From a bacterium (GTDB lineage Bacteria; Babelota; Babeliae; Babelales; UBA12409), in the NCBI GenBank assembly GCA_021823685.1, contig JAKANL010000001.1, positions 38,831 to 102,830 of the forward strand: a stretch of 64,000 bases of DNA. The letters are read 5' to 3'. Shown here piece by piece: positions 27,297 to 37,487 of this stretch. The notes below the pieces were generated by a model that was given only the letters and a program-made list of their open reading frames with translations, did no database searches and had not been told where the DNA came from. The position numbers were made by a program, and so were the translations under genes. Positions within the stretch are counted from its first letter, which is position 1. Every line of letters begins with the position of its first letter.

Positions 27297-30068
27297 ATGA
27301 TCGTGGTACGAAAACTACATAAGCTCTTGTTGGTCGCATGGATAAGCGGTTATTGGTTGAGCTGCTTTTCGGTTGAAACAAACACGTTTAAGCCATTTTG
27401 CCAGAGTTTTATCGACGGCTTATCGTTTAATCCTGAAAGCCGTTTTGTTCACGAATATCATCCATATCTATTGGCCAAAACACAGGATTCGCTTCATCAA
27501 TTAGAATCGTATATCACGCAACAAGGGTTTGTATCGGCGCATCGCTTGGTCATTTTAGGCTATGAACAATACGCGGTTCCGCAGTATTTTGATTGTTTAT
27601 CACAACAGCACATTGACGATGAAGCGGCTATTAAGACGAAGGGAAGCTGGGAATTTACCCCCGGCAATGTGTGCGGTTTTTTGACCGGCTATTTGTTTAA
27701 AGATGCCAACATGACATCCCAGCACGTTGTTGAACATATCGTGCCGGAATGCGTTGAACTGTTTGGTGAAAATACTGAGGTTTTGAAAAAACATGCGTTT
27801 GGCGATTGGAACGATACGCTTGCTGGATATCAGGAAGTCGTGCAAAAAAATTTACAGGATGGTGATGTTGCGTCGGCCATGGCGCGTGTGGTCGATTTTT
27901 GGCAATACATTTACGAAAGCCGTGAGCAATGTGGCCAGCAATATCGTGCGACGCAGGATTTATTATTTTCTTTTTATTACGTCAAATACCTGCTTAATTC
28001 TGCTATTCCATTCAAAAAAATATTTGTAGGACCAGATGTTACCTATCCTATCGAAGTAACCGAACGCCAACCGGCCGAGGTAACGCGCAATGCGCAAACG
28101 TTTGTGCAACGATTTATTCAGGAATTAAAGCCGGTTAATGGGCAAAAAACGGCGTATATCTTTTGCAGTTTTGTCGATGGTGTTGGGAAAAGTACGTTAC
28201 TGGGCAATATCTGCAATTGGCAAAAATATGGCACTGACTTTTCTGCATATACGCATGTAAGTAACGCTTCATCGCAAAGCGCGACGCTCTATCACTTTAA
28301 CGATCAAGTTTGCATTGTCGATTTGCCCGCACAAATTAGCCATTATTGCGCAAAACCCGATGGTTGCGTGTATATCGATTTGGGATTTAGTACGCTGACG
28401 TCTTCTGAAAAAAAAGCTGTTCAGACGTATGTGAGCAAAAATTTTGAGGCGATACGTTCTGCTCAGCCGCCAGCTTCGAATACGATTGGCGCAACTCCTG
28501 AAGAACAAGTGTGGCACAATATAATGCTTATCGGATCGTCATCGTGGCGGCCATGTGCGTTTGACGGCAAACATTACGCGATCAGCCTGCGTGATCCGCG
28601 GCACATTCGCGTGCTCGTTCCCTTTGATCAGGTGCATTCACAGGGGCTTAAAATTAAAGAACCCGAACTCATGATTTTTGATAGGGGGCTGGCGATTCCC
28701 ATGAATTACCAGGTCTTTTTGGCCGATCTTACCAAACAAATGAAAAATGCCGGGGTGGAACAGGTGGTCTTCGTTGATTTTGCGAGCTTGTATCCACGTA
28801 CTTCTCGCGAGACCGTGCGTATTAACTATATGGTGCAATTGCTCAAGCAATTTTATGGTGACGAATTTGATTTAATGAGCAGCATGTATCGTCCGTTTGG
28901 CCATGCACATGAAGTGTATCCGCTCTTTTTCCAGCAACGTGATGCCTTTGAGCGTGGTGTCTTTTTGGAGGCGTTGTTACGTTATGTGATTCACGATGTT
29001 ATTATGCAGGCTTCGCGTGATGGCATTGCGTTTATGACGAGCTACGAAGTTCAGCAACAATTACGCGCACGTATTAAACAGCTCTATGGTAATTGCCAGG
29101 CAACCGTTGATGACGTGCTCCGTGCCGTCCGCCGGCGCGTCGATCAAGAGCTTCCACAGGTAGCGATATATCAATACAGTAAATTTTACGAGGCCGTATC
29201 GCGCTTTTCCGTCAAACGGATGGCACAGTTGAGCGATTTAGTGCAGCAATTTGTGGCGCGATATCATCCCGATGATTCGGTTCGAATTGCGTGGAATCGA
29301 TATGCCGCCGATATTGAGTCGTTTTCTTCTGACCACAAAAAAGCGATTTTGACTAACGGTGTGCAGCTGGAGATGGTGCGGCCGCTTCAGGCGCATGAAT
29401 TGGATCAACCGCTGCTGGAAGTGTTTGCGCACACGTTGCGCAAATCGTGGTATGACCAAATTGTCGGTGTCGTTGTGAGCGAACTTGCGCAGGCATATGC
29501 GCAGGCATGGCTCATCAAAAAAGATGCGCAGGGCGATTGGTATTTGTTGCATCAGGTTCTTTTTAAAACCGATGAGCGCCCGCTCACATTGCTTGATGAA
29601 GTATCAACCTTCGATATGGGAAACCATACGTGGTACGACGACGATGGCGCGTATATGCCGACGTGCATTGATCGTATACGCAAAGAATTTTTTTCCAAGC
29701 AGATTGGCAATGCCGTCTATGACCTTTTTATTCCAACGTCAGCGGTGTGCGCTGAGCTTGATAACCAAAATGCATGGGCGGCTGCGGGTAATCGTACGCG
29801 TAAGATGATTTTGCCTAAAATTGAGCACGTTTCGCGCGAAACGCTGCAATTACTCGTGCGTATGCTCGCCACCATGCATACTATTCTGAAAAATCCGCGC
29901 GATGAAATCATGGTGCGCTGTGGTAACCAGGAAGATTTTATTGCGTGTGTACGGTTACTTGAAGATTTGATCGTGCCAAAATATTTTGACCTGCCGCTTA
30001 AAGAACGGCTCTTTGACGATTATACTACTATTGTGCCGTTAATTGGTGAGTCTGTATCCAAAGCATAG
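27297..30068 (+). CDS. large exported/anchored P-loop NTPase-like protein (orphan operon gene 4)
   Basis: GGAAAGG then ATG 27297, 11 nt after the gene 3 stop. N-terminal anchor LLLVAWISGYWLSCF. Walker A-like AYIFCSFVDGVGKSTLLGN about 330 aa in, and a possible Walker B QVVFVDF. The remaining roughly 550 aa are unassignable. Confidence 0.65.
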   Translation: MIVVRKLHKLLLVAWISGYWLSCFSVETNTFKPFCQSFIDGLSFNPESRFVHEYHPYLLAKTQDSLHQLESYITQQGFVSAHRLVILGYEQYAVPQYFDCLSQQHIDDEAAIKTKGSWEFTPGNVCGFLTGYLFKDANMTSQHVVEHIVPECVELFGENTEVLKKHAFGDWNDTLAGYQEVVQKNLQDGDVASAMARVVDFWQYIYESREQCGQQYRATQDLLFSFYYVKYLLNSAIPFKKIFVGPDVTYPIEVTERQPAEVTRNAQTFVQRFIQELKPVNGQKTAYIFCSFVDGVGKSTLLGNICNWQKYGTDFSAYTHVSNASSQSATLYHFNDQVCIVDLPAQISHYCAKPDGCVYIDLGFSTLTSSEKKAVQTYVSKNFEAIRSAQPPASNTIGATPEEQVWHNIMLIGSSSWRPCAFDGKHYAISLRDPRHIRVLVPFDQVHSQGLKIKEPELMIFDRGLAIPMNYQVFLADLTKQMKNAGVEQVVFVDFASLYPRTSRETVRINYMVQLLKQFYGDEFDLMSSMYRPFGHAHEVYPLFFQQRDAFERGVFLEALLRYVIHDVIMQASRDGIAFMTSYEVQQQLRARIKQLYGNCQATVDDVLRAVRRRVDQELPQVAIYQYSKFYEAVSRFSVKRMAQLSDLVQQFVARYHPDDSVRIAWNRYAADIESFSSDHKKAILTNGVQLEMVRPLQAHELDQPLLEVFAHTLRKSWYDQIVGVVVSELAQAYAQAWLIKKDAQGDWYLLHQVLFKTDERPLTLLDEVSTFDMGNHTWYDDDGAYMPTCIDRIRKEFFSKQIGNAVYDLFIPTSAVCAELDNQNAWAAAGNRTRKMILPKIEHVSRETLQLLVRMLATMHTILKNPRDEIMVRCGNQEDFIACVRLLEDLIVPKYFDLPLKERLFDDYTTIVPLIGESVSKA

Positions 30069-30073
30069 GTGGC

Positions 30074-32671
30074 ATGCCAATGTCAGATGCCATTACGCAA
30101 TCTGTTCAACCGTCTACAGTTTCGGGTCGCGTTACGCCCTTGATGGAACAATATTTTGCCATTAAAAGTGCCTATCGGCAGGCGCTTGTTTTTTTTCAGG
30201 TCGGTGATTTTTACGAATTATTTTTCGACGACGCCAAAAAAGCTTCAGCTGTGTTGGGCATTGCGCTGACCAAACGCGGTACGCACAATGGCGATCCGGT
30301 GCCGCTGTGCGGCGTTCCTATCCACGTTTTGGAGCACCATTTAACGAAATTAGTAAAAGCCGGCTTTCACGTCGCTATTTGCGACCAACTTGACCAAGCC
30401 CGCCCAGGCATAGTGGTTAGACGTGGCGTAACGCGCGTATTAACGCCAGGGACGCTGACGGATAGTAAATTATTAGACGCAAAACGAGCTTCGTATTTAT
30501 GTGCGCTTTTAATTGATGGGCACGTGATTGCGCTCGTTTTTGCAGAACTTTTAACCGGACAGCTCATGGCAACGCTCCTGAAAGCCGACGACATGCGTGG
30601 TCTGGAAACGCAATTGCAGCGCTTTATGCCCGATGAAATAGTCGTTGGCGGTGCGGCGCGTGCTGGTTGGCAGAAACGTTTGCAGCAGATGGGCTTTGCT
30701 GTTAGTGAACCGGTGAGCGTATCAGATGGTGGCGGGGGTGCATGGGCTGCAGCGGTGTGCGCCAATCAATCGGCTATTCTTGAACGCAGTGCCGCGCTTA
30801 AATTCGCGCTTGAAGAATTGTATGCGTACCTGAAAAAGAATCAAGAAGCCGCGCTGGGGCAATTCAAAACGATTCAATGCTATCGCAACGAAGATTATAT
30901 GGTGCTCGATGCCGCAACGCAGCGTAACTTGGAACTGGTTTCCAATGCGCATGATGGCGGTATTTTGCATACGCTCTGTTGGGTGCTTGATCATGCCGTG
31001 ACCCCGATGGGATCGCGTACCATAAAAAAATGGTTAAACAGTCCGTTCATTAATCAAGCACAGATCAATCATCGGCTTGATGCTGTTGCAGCGCTCGTGC
31101 GTGATATTGCAACTACTCAGCAACTCGTTGAACGGCTTGCCGGTGTGGGCGATATTGAGCGTGTTGTTGGGCGCATAGCGCTTGAGCGAACGCAGGTATA
31201 TGACTATGTCCATTTGACGGCCGCCTTGAAAGTTTTACCCGCTATCCGTTCGCTGGTCCGAGCGTTGCCACAAAGTACCTTGCTCGAACGTATTGGCGCT
31301 GCATTGGGCGATTTTTCTTCGCTGCATGCGTTGCTTCATGCCGCTATCAACGACGATTCAGCCCATGATTGGCTGATCAAGCCCGGATTTGATGCGCAGC
31401 TTGATCAATTGCGTGAAACGTTGAGCCATGAGCATGAAAAATTGATGGCATTAGAACGCGCCGAGCAAGAAAAAACAGGAATAACATCGCTCAAAGTGCG
31501 CTACAACCAGGTGCATGGGTATTATATAGAGGTTACCAAGCCCAATGTGCATCTGGTGCCCGATTATTACCGCAGGCATCAAACATTAGTCAATGCTGAA
31601 CGATTTACGACGCCGGATTTAGAAAATCTTGAGCATCAGCTGGTAAAAGCTCGAACGCAGTTGAATTACCTTGAACAAGAAGTATATAACCGGGTTAAGG
31701 GTGAAGTTTTTACCGCGCTTTCTGGCCTGCGCCAGACGGCCTACGCCTTGGCGCATATTGATGCGTTAGTCGGCTTTGCCTTAACGGCCTATGATCAGGG
31801 TTACTGCCGGCCAACCATTGAGCCGGAGGGTGATATTGTTATTGTCGGGGGCAAGCATCCGGTCGTGGGAAGTCTGTTGGGGGTTAATTTTATTGCAAAC
31901 GATACGGCACTGACCCAAGCTGAGCGGCTATGGCTCGTGACTGGCCCGAATATGGGCGGCAAATCAACGTATTTGCGTCAAGTCGCGCTTATATGCGTTA
32001 TGGCTCAGTGTGGCTCATTTGTTCCCGCCACATCGGCCCAATTGCCTATTTTAGATCGCGTGTTTACTCGTGTTGGTGCTGGCGATCATTTGGCCGAGGG
32101 GAAAAGTACGTTTTTGGTTGAAATGGAAGAAACGGCGACTATTTGCCGGCAAGCAACAGCCAAAAGTTTAGTGATTTTAGATGAGGTTGGTCGCGGAACG
32201 AGCACGTACGATGGTCTGGCGATTGCCCAGGCCGTCGTTGAATATTTGCACCAGGTTGTTAAAGCACGCTGTTTGTTTGCAACGCATTATCATGAGCTAA
32301 CGCACCTGCCTGGCGTTATGCCCGGGATTGCCAATTACCACGTGGCCAGCCGTCAGGGAGCCAATGGGATCATCTTTTTACACAAAATGGTCTCCGGGGC
32401 AGCGACGGGGAGCTTTGGCCTCGAGGTGGCTCAATTAGCGCAGCTGCCGGCGACTCTGGTTGCCCGTGCACGCCATATTTTGCGCGAATTAAATGCTGGG
32501 CAACATCGAGCACACTGCGGTGAGCCCGAAGACCCAGAAATGGGTGCGGCTGGGCCGGCTGCTGACTGGCTTAGTGATGAAATCAAGCTGCTGGATATCG
32601 ATAATCTCACGCCACGTCAGGCGCATGAACTGCTTGGCCGGTTCAAAGATCGCCTCAAAAACGTGCCCTGA
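30074..32671 (+). CDS. mutS: DNA mismatch repair protein MutS
   Basis: TPLMEQYFAIKSAY...GDFYELFFDDA mismatch-binding domain, Walker A GPNMGGKSTYLRQ, and DEVGRGTSTYDG. 865 aa. Confidence 0.95.
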   Translation: MPMSDAITQSVQPSTVSGRVTPLMEQYFAIKSAYRQALVFFQVGDFYELFFDDAKKASAVLGIALTKRGTHNGDPVPLCGVPIHVLEHHLTKLVKAGFHVAICDQLDQARPGIVVRRGVTRVLTPGTLTDSKLLDAKRASYLCALLIDGHVIALVFAELLTGQLMATLLKADDMRGLETQLQRFMPDEIVVGGAARAGWQKRLQQMGFAVSEPVSVSDGGGGAWAAAVCANQSAILERSAALKFALEELYAYLKKNQEAALGQFKTIQCYRNEDYMVLDAATQRNLELVSNAHDGGILHTLCWVLDHAVTPMGSRTIKKWLNSPFINQAQINHRLDAVAALVRDIATTQQLVERLAGVGDIERVVGRIALERTQVYDYVHLTAALKVLPAIRSLVRALPQSTLLERIGAALGDFSSLHALLHAAINDDSAHDWLIKPGFDAQLDQLRETLSHEHEKLMALERAEQEKTGITSLKVRYNQVHGYYIEVTKPNVHLVPDYYRRHQTLVNAERFTTPDLENLEHQLVKARTQLNYLEQEVYNRVKGEVFTALSGLRQTAYALAHIDALVGFALTAYDQGYCRPTIEPEGDIVIVGGKHPVVGSLLGVNFIANDTALTQAERLWLVTGPNMGGKSTYLRQVALICVMAQCGSFVPATSAQLPILDRVFTRVGAGDHLAEGKSTFLVEMEETATICRQATAKSLVILDEVGRGTSTYDGLAIAQAVVEYLHQVVKARCLFATHYHELTHLPGVMPGIANYHVASRQGANGIIFLHKMVSGAATGSFGLEVAQLAQLPATLVARARHILRELNAGQHRAHCGEPEDPEMGAAGPAADWLSDEIKLLDIDNLTPRQAHELLGRFKDRLKNVP

Positions 32672-32779
32672 GGGGCCTTCGGTATAACAATACGCTTTGA
32701 TTGGTGTCTTCCTATAGACAGATTGAGCGAATTTGATACAATTATTCATATACACATACATGTTAAAAAGGTATTTGGG

Positions 32780-33217
32780 ATGGTGGAAAAAAAATCAACA
32801 GCGCAATCAAAAAAATCGGTCAAATCGGCGCAACCGAAGGTGAAAAAGGGAGCTGCAAAAAAAGTTGTCGCAACGGACGAGTCTGTATTTCCCGTAGCTT
32901 CGTTTCCTGAGTATGCCATTTTTCAAACGGGTGGTAAGCAATATCAAGCCATTCCAGGCAAGACGGTAGCCATCGAAAAACTCGATGCGCAAGCCGGTGA
33001 TAACGTTGAATTTAAAGAAGTTCTTTTCCGCAAAACAGGTGACGGTAAATTTGAAATCGGCCAACCGTTTGTTGAAAAAGCAATTATCAAAGCATCCATT
33101 GTTAAACAAACGCTCGAGCCAAAAGTAGTCGTCTTTCACTTCCGCCGCCGCAAAAAATCCCGCGTTAAACGCGGCCACCGCCAACCAGCAACGGTGGTGC
33201 GCATCGAAGCAATCTAA
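32780..33217 (+). CDS. rplU: 50S ribosomal protein L21 with Lys-rich N-terminal extension
   Basis: YAIFQTGGKQYQAIPGKTVAIEKL...RRKKSRVKRGHRQP is the L21 core. It is preceded by about 45 aa, MVEKKSTAQSKKSVKSAQPKVKKGAAKK. Confidence 0.88.
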   Translation: MVEKKSTAQSKKSVKSAQPKVKKGAAKKVVATDESVFPVASFPEYAIFQTGGKQYQAIPGKTVAIEKLDAQAGDNVEFKEVLFRKTGDGKFEIGQPFVEKAIIKASIVKQTLEPKVVVFHFRRRKKSRVKRGHRQPATVVRIEAI

Positions 33218-33242
33218 GTTTTTTTACTAAGACACAATGTTA

Positions 33243-33271
33243 AAAGCCGCTCAAATGAGCGGCTTTTTTTT
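33243..33271 (+). terminator. rho-independent terminator after rplU
   Basis: AAAGCCGCTC-AAAT-GAGCGGCTTT stem-loop followed by a T run. Confidence 0.75.
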
Positions 33272-33374
33272 GTTCGTTTGGCTTTGTGCGCCCAGTAATA
33301 TTAAATTTTAGGTTGCACGCCATTTTTTTTTATGGTAGTTATAGTTACGTTTAATCTTTGTGAAAGGAGTTTGA

Positions 33375-34568
33375 ATGAGCGCTTGCAGATCTTTGACCGT
33401 CACCGGTCTTTTCTTATTATTTTTTGGAATCATGCGATCTGATATCGTAAAAAATGATAATAATATTTCTATTTTAGGTCTCGGCCGCCTTGGCTTTTGT
33501 ACCGCTTTGTGTTTGGAAAAGGTTGGTTATAACGTGTTGGGTGTCGACATTTTGCCTTCCTATATCGATCAAATTAATAATAAAACCTTAAGATCTCCTG
33601 AGCCATTCGTTGAAGAATATCTGAAAGCAAGTAAAAATTTACGTGCGACGACGTCGTTGGATGAGGTGCTTAATTTTTCCGATACGTATTTAATTATTAT
33701 TGCAACGCCTTCAACTCCTTCCAAAGAAGCATATGACCATTCGGCGCTGAGCCGGTTACTGGCTGAAATTAATAAGCGTCGGGTAAAAAATAAGCACGTT
33801 GTTATCTGTTGCACCATTTTCCCGGGATATATCAAAAACGTAGCGCGCTTGCTGCTCAAAGATTGTGAGAATACAAGCGTAAGCTATAACCCAGAGTTTA
33901 TTGCGCAGGGATGTATTGTGAGCTGGTTTGAAAAGCCTGATATGGTTTTGATCGGTGAGGGATCAAAGGCGGCCGGCGATCGTTTGGAAGCGATATATCG
34001 CCGTATGTGCACCAATGAGCCGCGCATTTGCCGTATGAGTCCTGAAAGTGCTGAGATTACGAAGCTCTCAGTTAATTGCTTTATAACGACCAAGATTGCT
34101 TACGCTAACATGGTTTCTGATATTGCGGATGCGACGCCAGGAGCTAATAAATACGATATCCTGCGCGCTGTTGGCGAAGACAAGCGCGTTGGTACCAAGT
34201 GCCTGAATCCAGGATATGGCTTTGGCGGTCCATGTTTCCCGCGGGATAATCGTGCACTTGGTTCGTATGCCCAAATGATTGGCATTGAGCCAATTATTCC
34301 ACAAGCCACGGATAAATCTAATGCGCAGCATGCACAGCTGATGGCACAGCGATTGTTGGAGCAAAATTTAGCTGAATATGCTTTTACTGACGTTAACTAT
34401 AAAGATAAGTGTCCGGTGGTCATTTTGGAAGAATCGCAAAAGTTGGCCGTTGCCGAAATTTTGGCCAAGGCCGGCAAAAACGTGATTATTCGTGATCGCA
34501 TAGCCGTTCTTGAGGAGGTAAAGCAAAAGTTTGGCAATTTATTTGTCTACGAAACGCTTGCTGCATAG
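33375..34568 (+). CDS. nucleotide-sugar dehydrogenase (UDP-glucose/GDP-mannose dehydrogenase family)
   Basis: GAAAGGAG RBS. Hydrophobic leader LTVTGLFLLFFGIM, then Rossmann ISILGLGRLG and catalytic GFGGPCFPRDNRAL. Confidence 0.75.
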   Translation: MSACRSLTVTGLFLLFFGIMRSDIVKNDNNISILGLGRLGFCTALCLEKVGYNVLGVDILPSYIDQINNKTLRSPEPFVEEYLKASKNLRATTSLDEVLNFSDTYLIIIATPSTPSKEAYDHSALSRLLAEINKRRVKNKHVVICCTIFPGYIKNVARLLLKDCENTSVSYNPEFIAQGCIVSWFEKPDMVLIGEGSKAAGDRLEAIYRRMCTNEPRICRMSPESAEITKLSVNCFITTKIAYANMVSDIADATPGANKYDILRAVGEDKRVGTKCLNPGYGFGGPCFPRDNRALGSYAQMIGIEPIIPQATDKSNAQHAQLMAQRLLEQNLAEYAFTDVNYKDKCPVVILEESQKLAVAEILAKAGKNVIIRDRIAVLEEVKQKFGNLFVYETLAA

Positions 34569-34595
34569 ATTTTTAATTTTTAAAGAGGGTTTGTT

Positions 34596-35675
34596 ATGAA
34601 AAGGATGCTAAAAAGCCTGTTATTGCTGAGTACGTTGTGTGCGGTGGTAACCGGGTTACAGTGCGCAAAAGTTAAGCCTGAATCTTTTGCCAAAAGAGCA
34701 CTCGTATGCGGTGCGGGAGGTTTTATCGGTTCGCATTTGGTGGAACGTTTAAAAAGTGAGGGGTATTGGGTGCGCGGTGTTGATCTAAAATTACCCGAGT
34801 TTTCCCAAACAGCTGCCCACGATTTCATTTTAGGTGACTTACGCAATCCAAAGACCTGCGAAAAAGCCACTTTGATTGGCGATGTTCCCGTTGACGAAAT
34901 TTATCAATTGGCTGCTGATATGGGTGGCATTGGTTTTATTTATGAGCACGACGCGCAAATTTTGCACAACTCGGTTTTGATTAACGTTAATATGGCTGAA
35001 GCAAGCCGTAAATTAGGTGTAAAACGTTTGTTTTATTCGTCATCGGCTTGTGTTTATCCCGAACGTAATCAATTAACGCCAGACCATCCGGTGTGCGCAG
35101 AGTCTTCAGCGTATCCAGCAGCTCCTGATAGCGAATATGGCTGGGAAAAATTATTTAGTGAACGGCTATATAAAGCCTTTGAAAAAGATCATAAAGTTAC
35201 TATTGTGCGTATCGCTCGTTTCCATAATATTTTTGGACCCGAAGGTACGTGGGAAGGCGGTCGCGAAAAGGCGCCAGCAGCATTGTGCAGAAAAGTTGCT
35301 CTAGCCCAAGACGGTGGCGTGATTGAAATCTGGGGCGACGGCTTACAAACACGTTCATTTTTATACGTCGATGAATGTGTTACGGGTATTTTAAAACTTA
35401 TGCGTTCAGAGGTCGACGTTCCACTCAATATCGGTTCAGAAGAAATGGTTACAATTAATCAACTAGCCCAAATGATTATCGATATTTCGGGCAAGAAGTT
35501 AACGATTAAGCATATACCAGGAACGCAGGGTGTTCGTGGGAGAAATTCCGATAACCACCTGGTTCGCGAAAAATTGCAATGGGAACCATCATCAAAATTA
35601 TGTGATGGGCTCGTTGTAACGTATAAATGGATTGAACAACAGGTAGCGCAAAAATACGGTGCTGCCAAAAAATAA
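34596..35675 (+). CDS. GDP-mannose 3,5-epimerase-like NAD-dependent epimerase
   Basis: GAGGFIGSHL, LAADMGGIGFI, SSSACVYPE, FHNIFGPEGTWEGGREKAPAALCRK, WGDGLQTRSF and GVRGRNSDN are collinear with plant-type GME as I recall it. An N-terminal hydrophobic leader, MKRMLKSLLLLSTLCAVVTG, precedes the fold. Confidence 0.7.
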   Translation: MKRMLKSLLLLSTLCAVVTGLQCAKVKPESFAKRALVCGAGGFIGSHLVERLKSEGYWVRGVDLKLPEFSQTAAHDFILGDLRNPKTCEKATLIGDVPVDEIYQLAADMGGIGFIYEHDAQILHNSVLINVNMAEASRKLGVKRLFYSSSACVYPERNQLTPDHPVCAESSAYPAAPDSEYGWEKLFSERLYKAFEKDHKVTIVRIARFHNIFGPEGTWEGGREKAPAALCRKVALAQDGGVIEIWGDGLQTRSFLYVDECVTGILKLMRSEVDVPLNIGSEEMVTINQLAQMIIDISGKKLTIKHIPGTQGVRGRNSDNHLVREKLQWEPSSKLCDGLVVTYKWIEQQVAQKYGAAKK

Positions 35676-35682
35676 GTAGTAG

Positions 35683-35710
35683 AAGGGGCCGCGTTAATAA
35701 GCGGCCCCTC
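35683..35710 (+). terminator. GC-rich hairpin after the epimerase gene (weak terminator or attenuator)
   Basis: AGGGGCCGC / GCGGCCCCT 9-bp stem with an 8-nt loop and no immediate T run. Confidence 0.25.
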
Positions 35711-35742
35711 AGTAAGCAATCTTTTTACACAGGGAGTTTGTA

Positions 35743-36681
35743 GTGATTTGTAAGTGGGTAACTTCGATTCTTTGCTGTTTGGGTGCAGCAATTTTAGCTA
35801 ATGCATCTGATAACCAGAAGTTTTTTGAACCATTATCAGACGAAAACGTATTGTGTGATTTTTCGAATGTGCCCATCAAAACAGTTCAGAATTTTTGGGA
35901 TAGCCGGCCTTGCAATATTAGGCATTCGGCGAAGGAGTTTGGCACACGTGAATATTTTGATGAAGTTGAATCACGAAAATATTTTGTAGAGCCGCATATA
36001 CGTGAATTTGCTGAGTTCGAAAAATGGAACGGGAAGAAAGTGCTCGAAATTGGATGTGGCATTGGTACAGAGGCCGTAAATTTTGCACGTGCTGGGGCCA
36101 AGCTAACCGCACTCGAACTATCCCCGAAAAGTTTAGAAATAGCGCGTAAACGTTTTGATGTTTATGGGTTACAGGCACAGTTTGTTCTCGGTAATGCCGA
36201 AGAGCTCGATAAACTTTTACCTGCGGGCGAAAAATTTGACTTAATATGGTCCTTTGGCGTGATTCATCATAGCCCGTACCCAAAAAGAATTATTGAGCAT
36301 TGCAGAAAATTTTTGAAACCTGATGGCGAATTACGCATTATGGTTTACTCAAAAGTGAGCTATAAATTATTTTTTTTGATGCGCGAGACGGGGATGTGGG
36401 ATTTTAGTAAAATTGATTCGCTTATCGCAAAATATTCTGAAGCGCAGACCGGCTGTCCGATTACATATACCTACACAAAAAAGACCGTTGGAGATCTGTT
36501 AAAAAACTTTAGGTTGCTGGAGGTTAAAAAAGCGCACATTTTCCCTTACAAAATAAATGAATATGTAAAAAAAGTGTATGAAAAAGAAGATTGTTGGTTG
36601 CATGTTACCGCAGCGGCTTTTAGTCAGTTGGAAGATGAATTGGGCTGGCACCTACTTGTGAGAGCGAAAATAAGATGTTAG
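35743..36681 (+). CDS. class I SAM-dependent methyltransferase
   Basis: Motif [13 protein letters not shown] and acidic LELS. GTG start after GGGAG. Hydrophobic leader [16 protein letters not shown]. Confidence 0.7.
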   Translation: MICKWVTSILCCLGAAILANASDNQKFFEPLSDENVLCDFSNVPIKTVQNFWDSRPCNIRHSAKEFGTREYFDEVESRKYFVEPHIREFAEFEKWNGKKVLEIGCGIGTEAVNFARAGAKLTALELSPKSLEIARKRFDVYGLQAQFVLGNAEELDKLLPAGEKFDLIWSFGVIHHSPYPKRIIEHCRKFLKPDGELRIMVYSKVSYKLFFLMRETGMWDFSKIDSLIAKYSEAQTGCPITYTYTKKTVGDLLKNFRLLEVKKAHIFPYKINEYVKKVYEKEDCWLHVTAAAFSQLEDELGWHLLVRAKIRC

Positions 36682-36713
36682 TAAAAGACACGAATGATTT
36701 TGGAGTAAATATA

Positions 36714-37451
36714 ATGTTAAAAAATGGACTATTGGCAGCGAGTTTTCTGTTTTTTGGAACAAACCTTTCCGGTTTTAAAAAAGTTGACTCGGTTCCGTGG
36801 GAACACCCAGTTTCTCCCTATAAAAGTCAATTTGGGCAAGATAAGTATGCACATGAACAATTTTTTAAAGGGCAGAAAGGTTTTTTCGTTGAAATCGGGG
36901 CTGCCGACGGTGAAAAATGTAGCAACACATATTTTTTTGAAAAAATATTGGGATGGAATGGTCTTTGTATTGAACCATTGCCTCATTTGTATGCGCGTTT
37001 ATGTGCAAATAGAAGGTGTAAATGCATAAGTTGCGCTCTAGGAAAAGCTGAAGGCACGAGATGCTTTTTGTGGGCGAAAAACGAGTTAGAAGGCTTTAGC
37101 GGTTTTGTTGACACCTACCACCCGGAGCATTTTATTTTGTTGCAACAAGTAGCAAAAAAGTTAAAAGTTTCTGCAGATTTTACCCTTCTTGATGTTCCTG
37201 TGCGAAAACCTATGTCTGTTTTTGAAGAATGCCATATTTCAAAAATAGATGTGCTTAGCCTGGATACCGAAGGCTCTGAGTTAGAAATTTTGAGTGGTAT
37301 TGATTTTTCGAAGATTACGATAAATGTGATTGTCGTTGAAAATATGCGCAATATTGAATTGATCAGAAACTTTTTGAAGAATAAAGGATTTTTATTCGTT
37401 GAGCGCTTGGTAATTGATGATATTTTTGTGCGACATGGGTTTGCTTATTGA
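36714..37451 (+). CDS. FkbM-family methyltransferase
   Basis: FVEIGAADGEKCSNTYFFE...GLCIEP...DVLSLDTEGSELEIL matches the FkbM pattern. Leader is MLKNGLLAASFLFFGTNL. The ORF opens at 36675, overlapping the upstream stop. Confidence 0.75.
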   Translation: MLKNGLLAASFLFFGTNLSGFKKVDSVPWEHPVSPYKSQFGQDKYAHEQFFKGQKGFFVEIGAADGEKCSNTYFFEKILGWNGLCIEPLPHLYARLCANRRCKCISCALGKAEGTRCFLWAKNELEGFSGFVDTYHPEHFILLQQVAKKLKVSADFTLLDVPVRKPMSVFEECHISKIDVLSLDTEGSELEILSGIDFSKITINVIVVENMRNIELIRNFLKNKGFLFVERLVIDDIFVRHGFAY

Positions 37452-37487
37452 GTTAAGTTGCCGTTGGTTTTTGTGGGAAGGGTTTTT

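Noticed and set aside
27297-30068. Interpreting the P-loop protein operon as an anti-phage defence system
   Set aside because: No nuclease, methylase, helicase, TIR/Sir2 or other effector-type motif was seen. All four proteins look exported or anchored, which does not fit cytosolic defence NTPases, so the function is left open.
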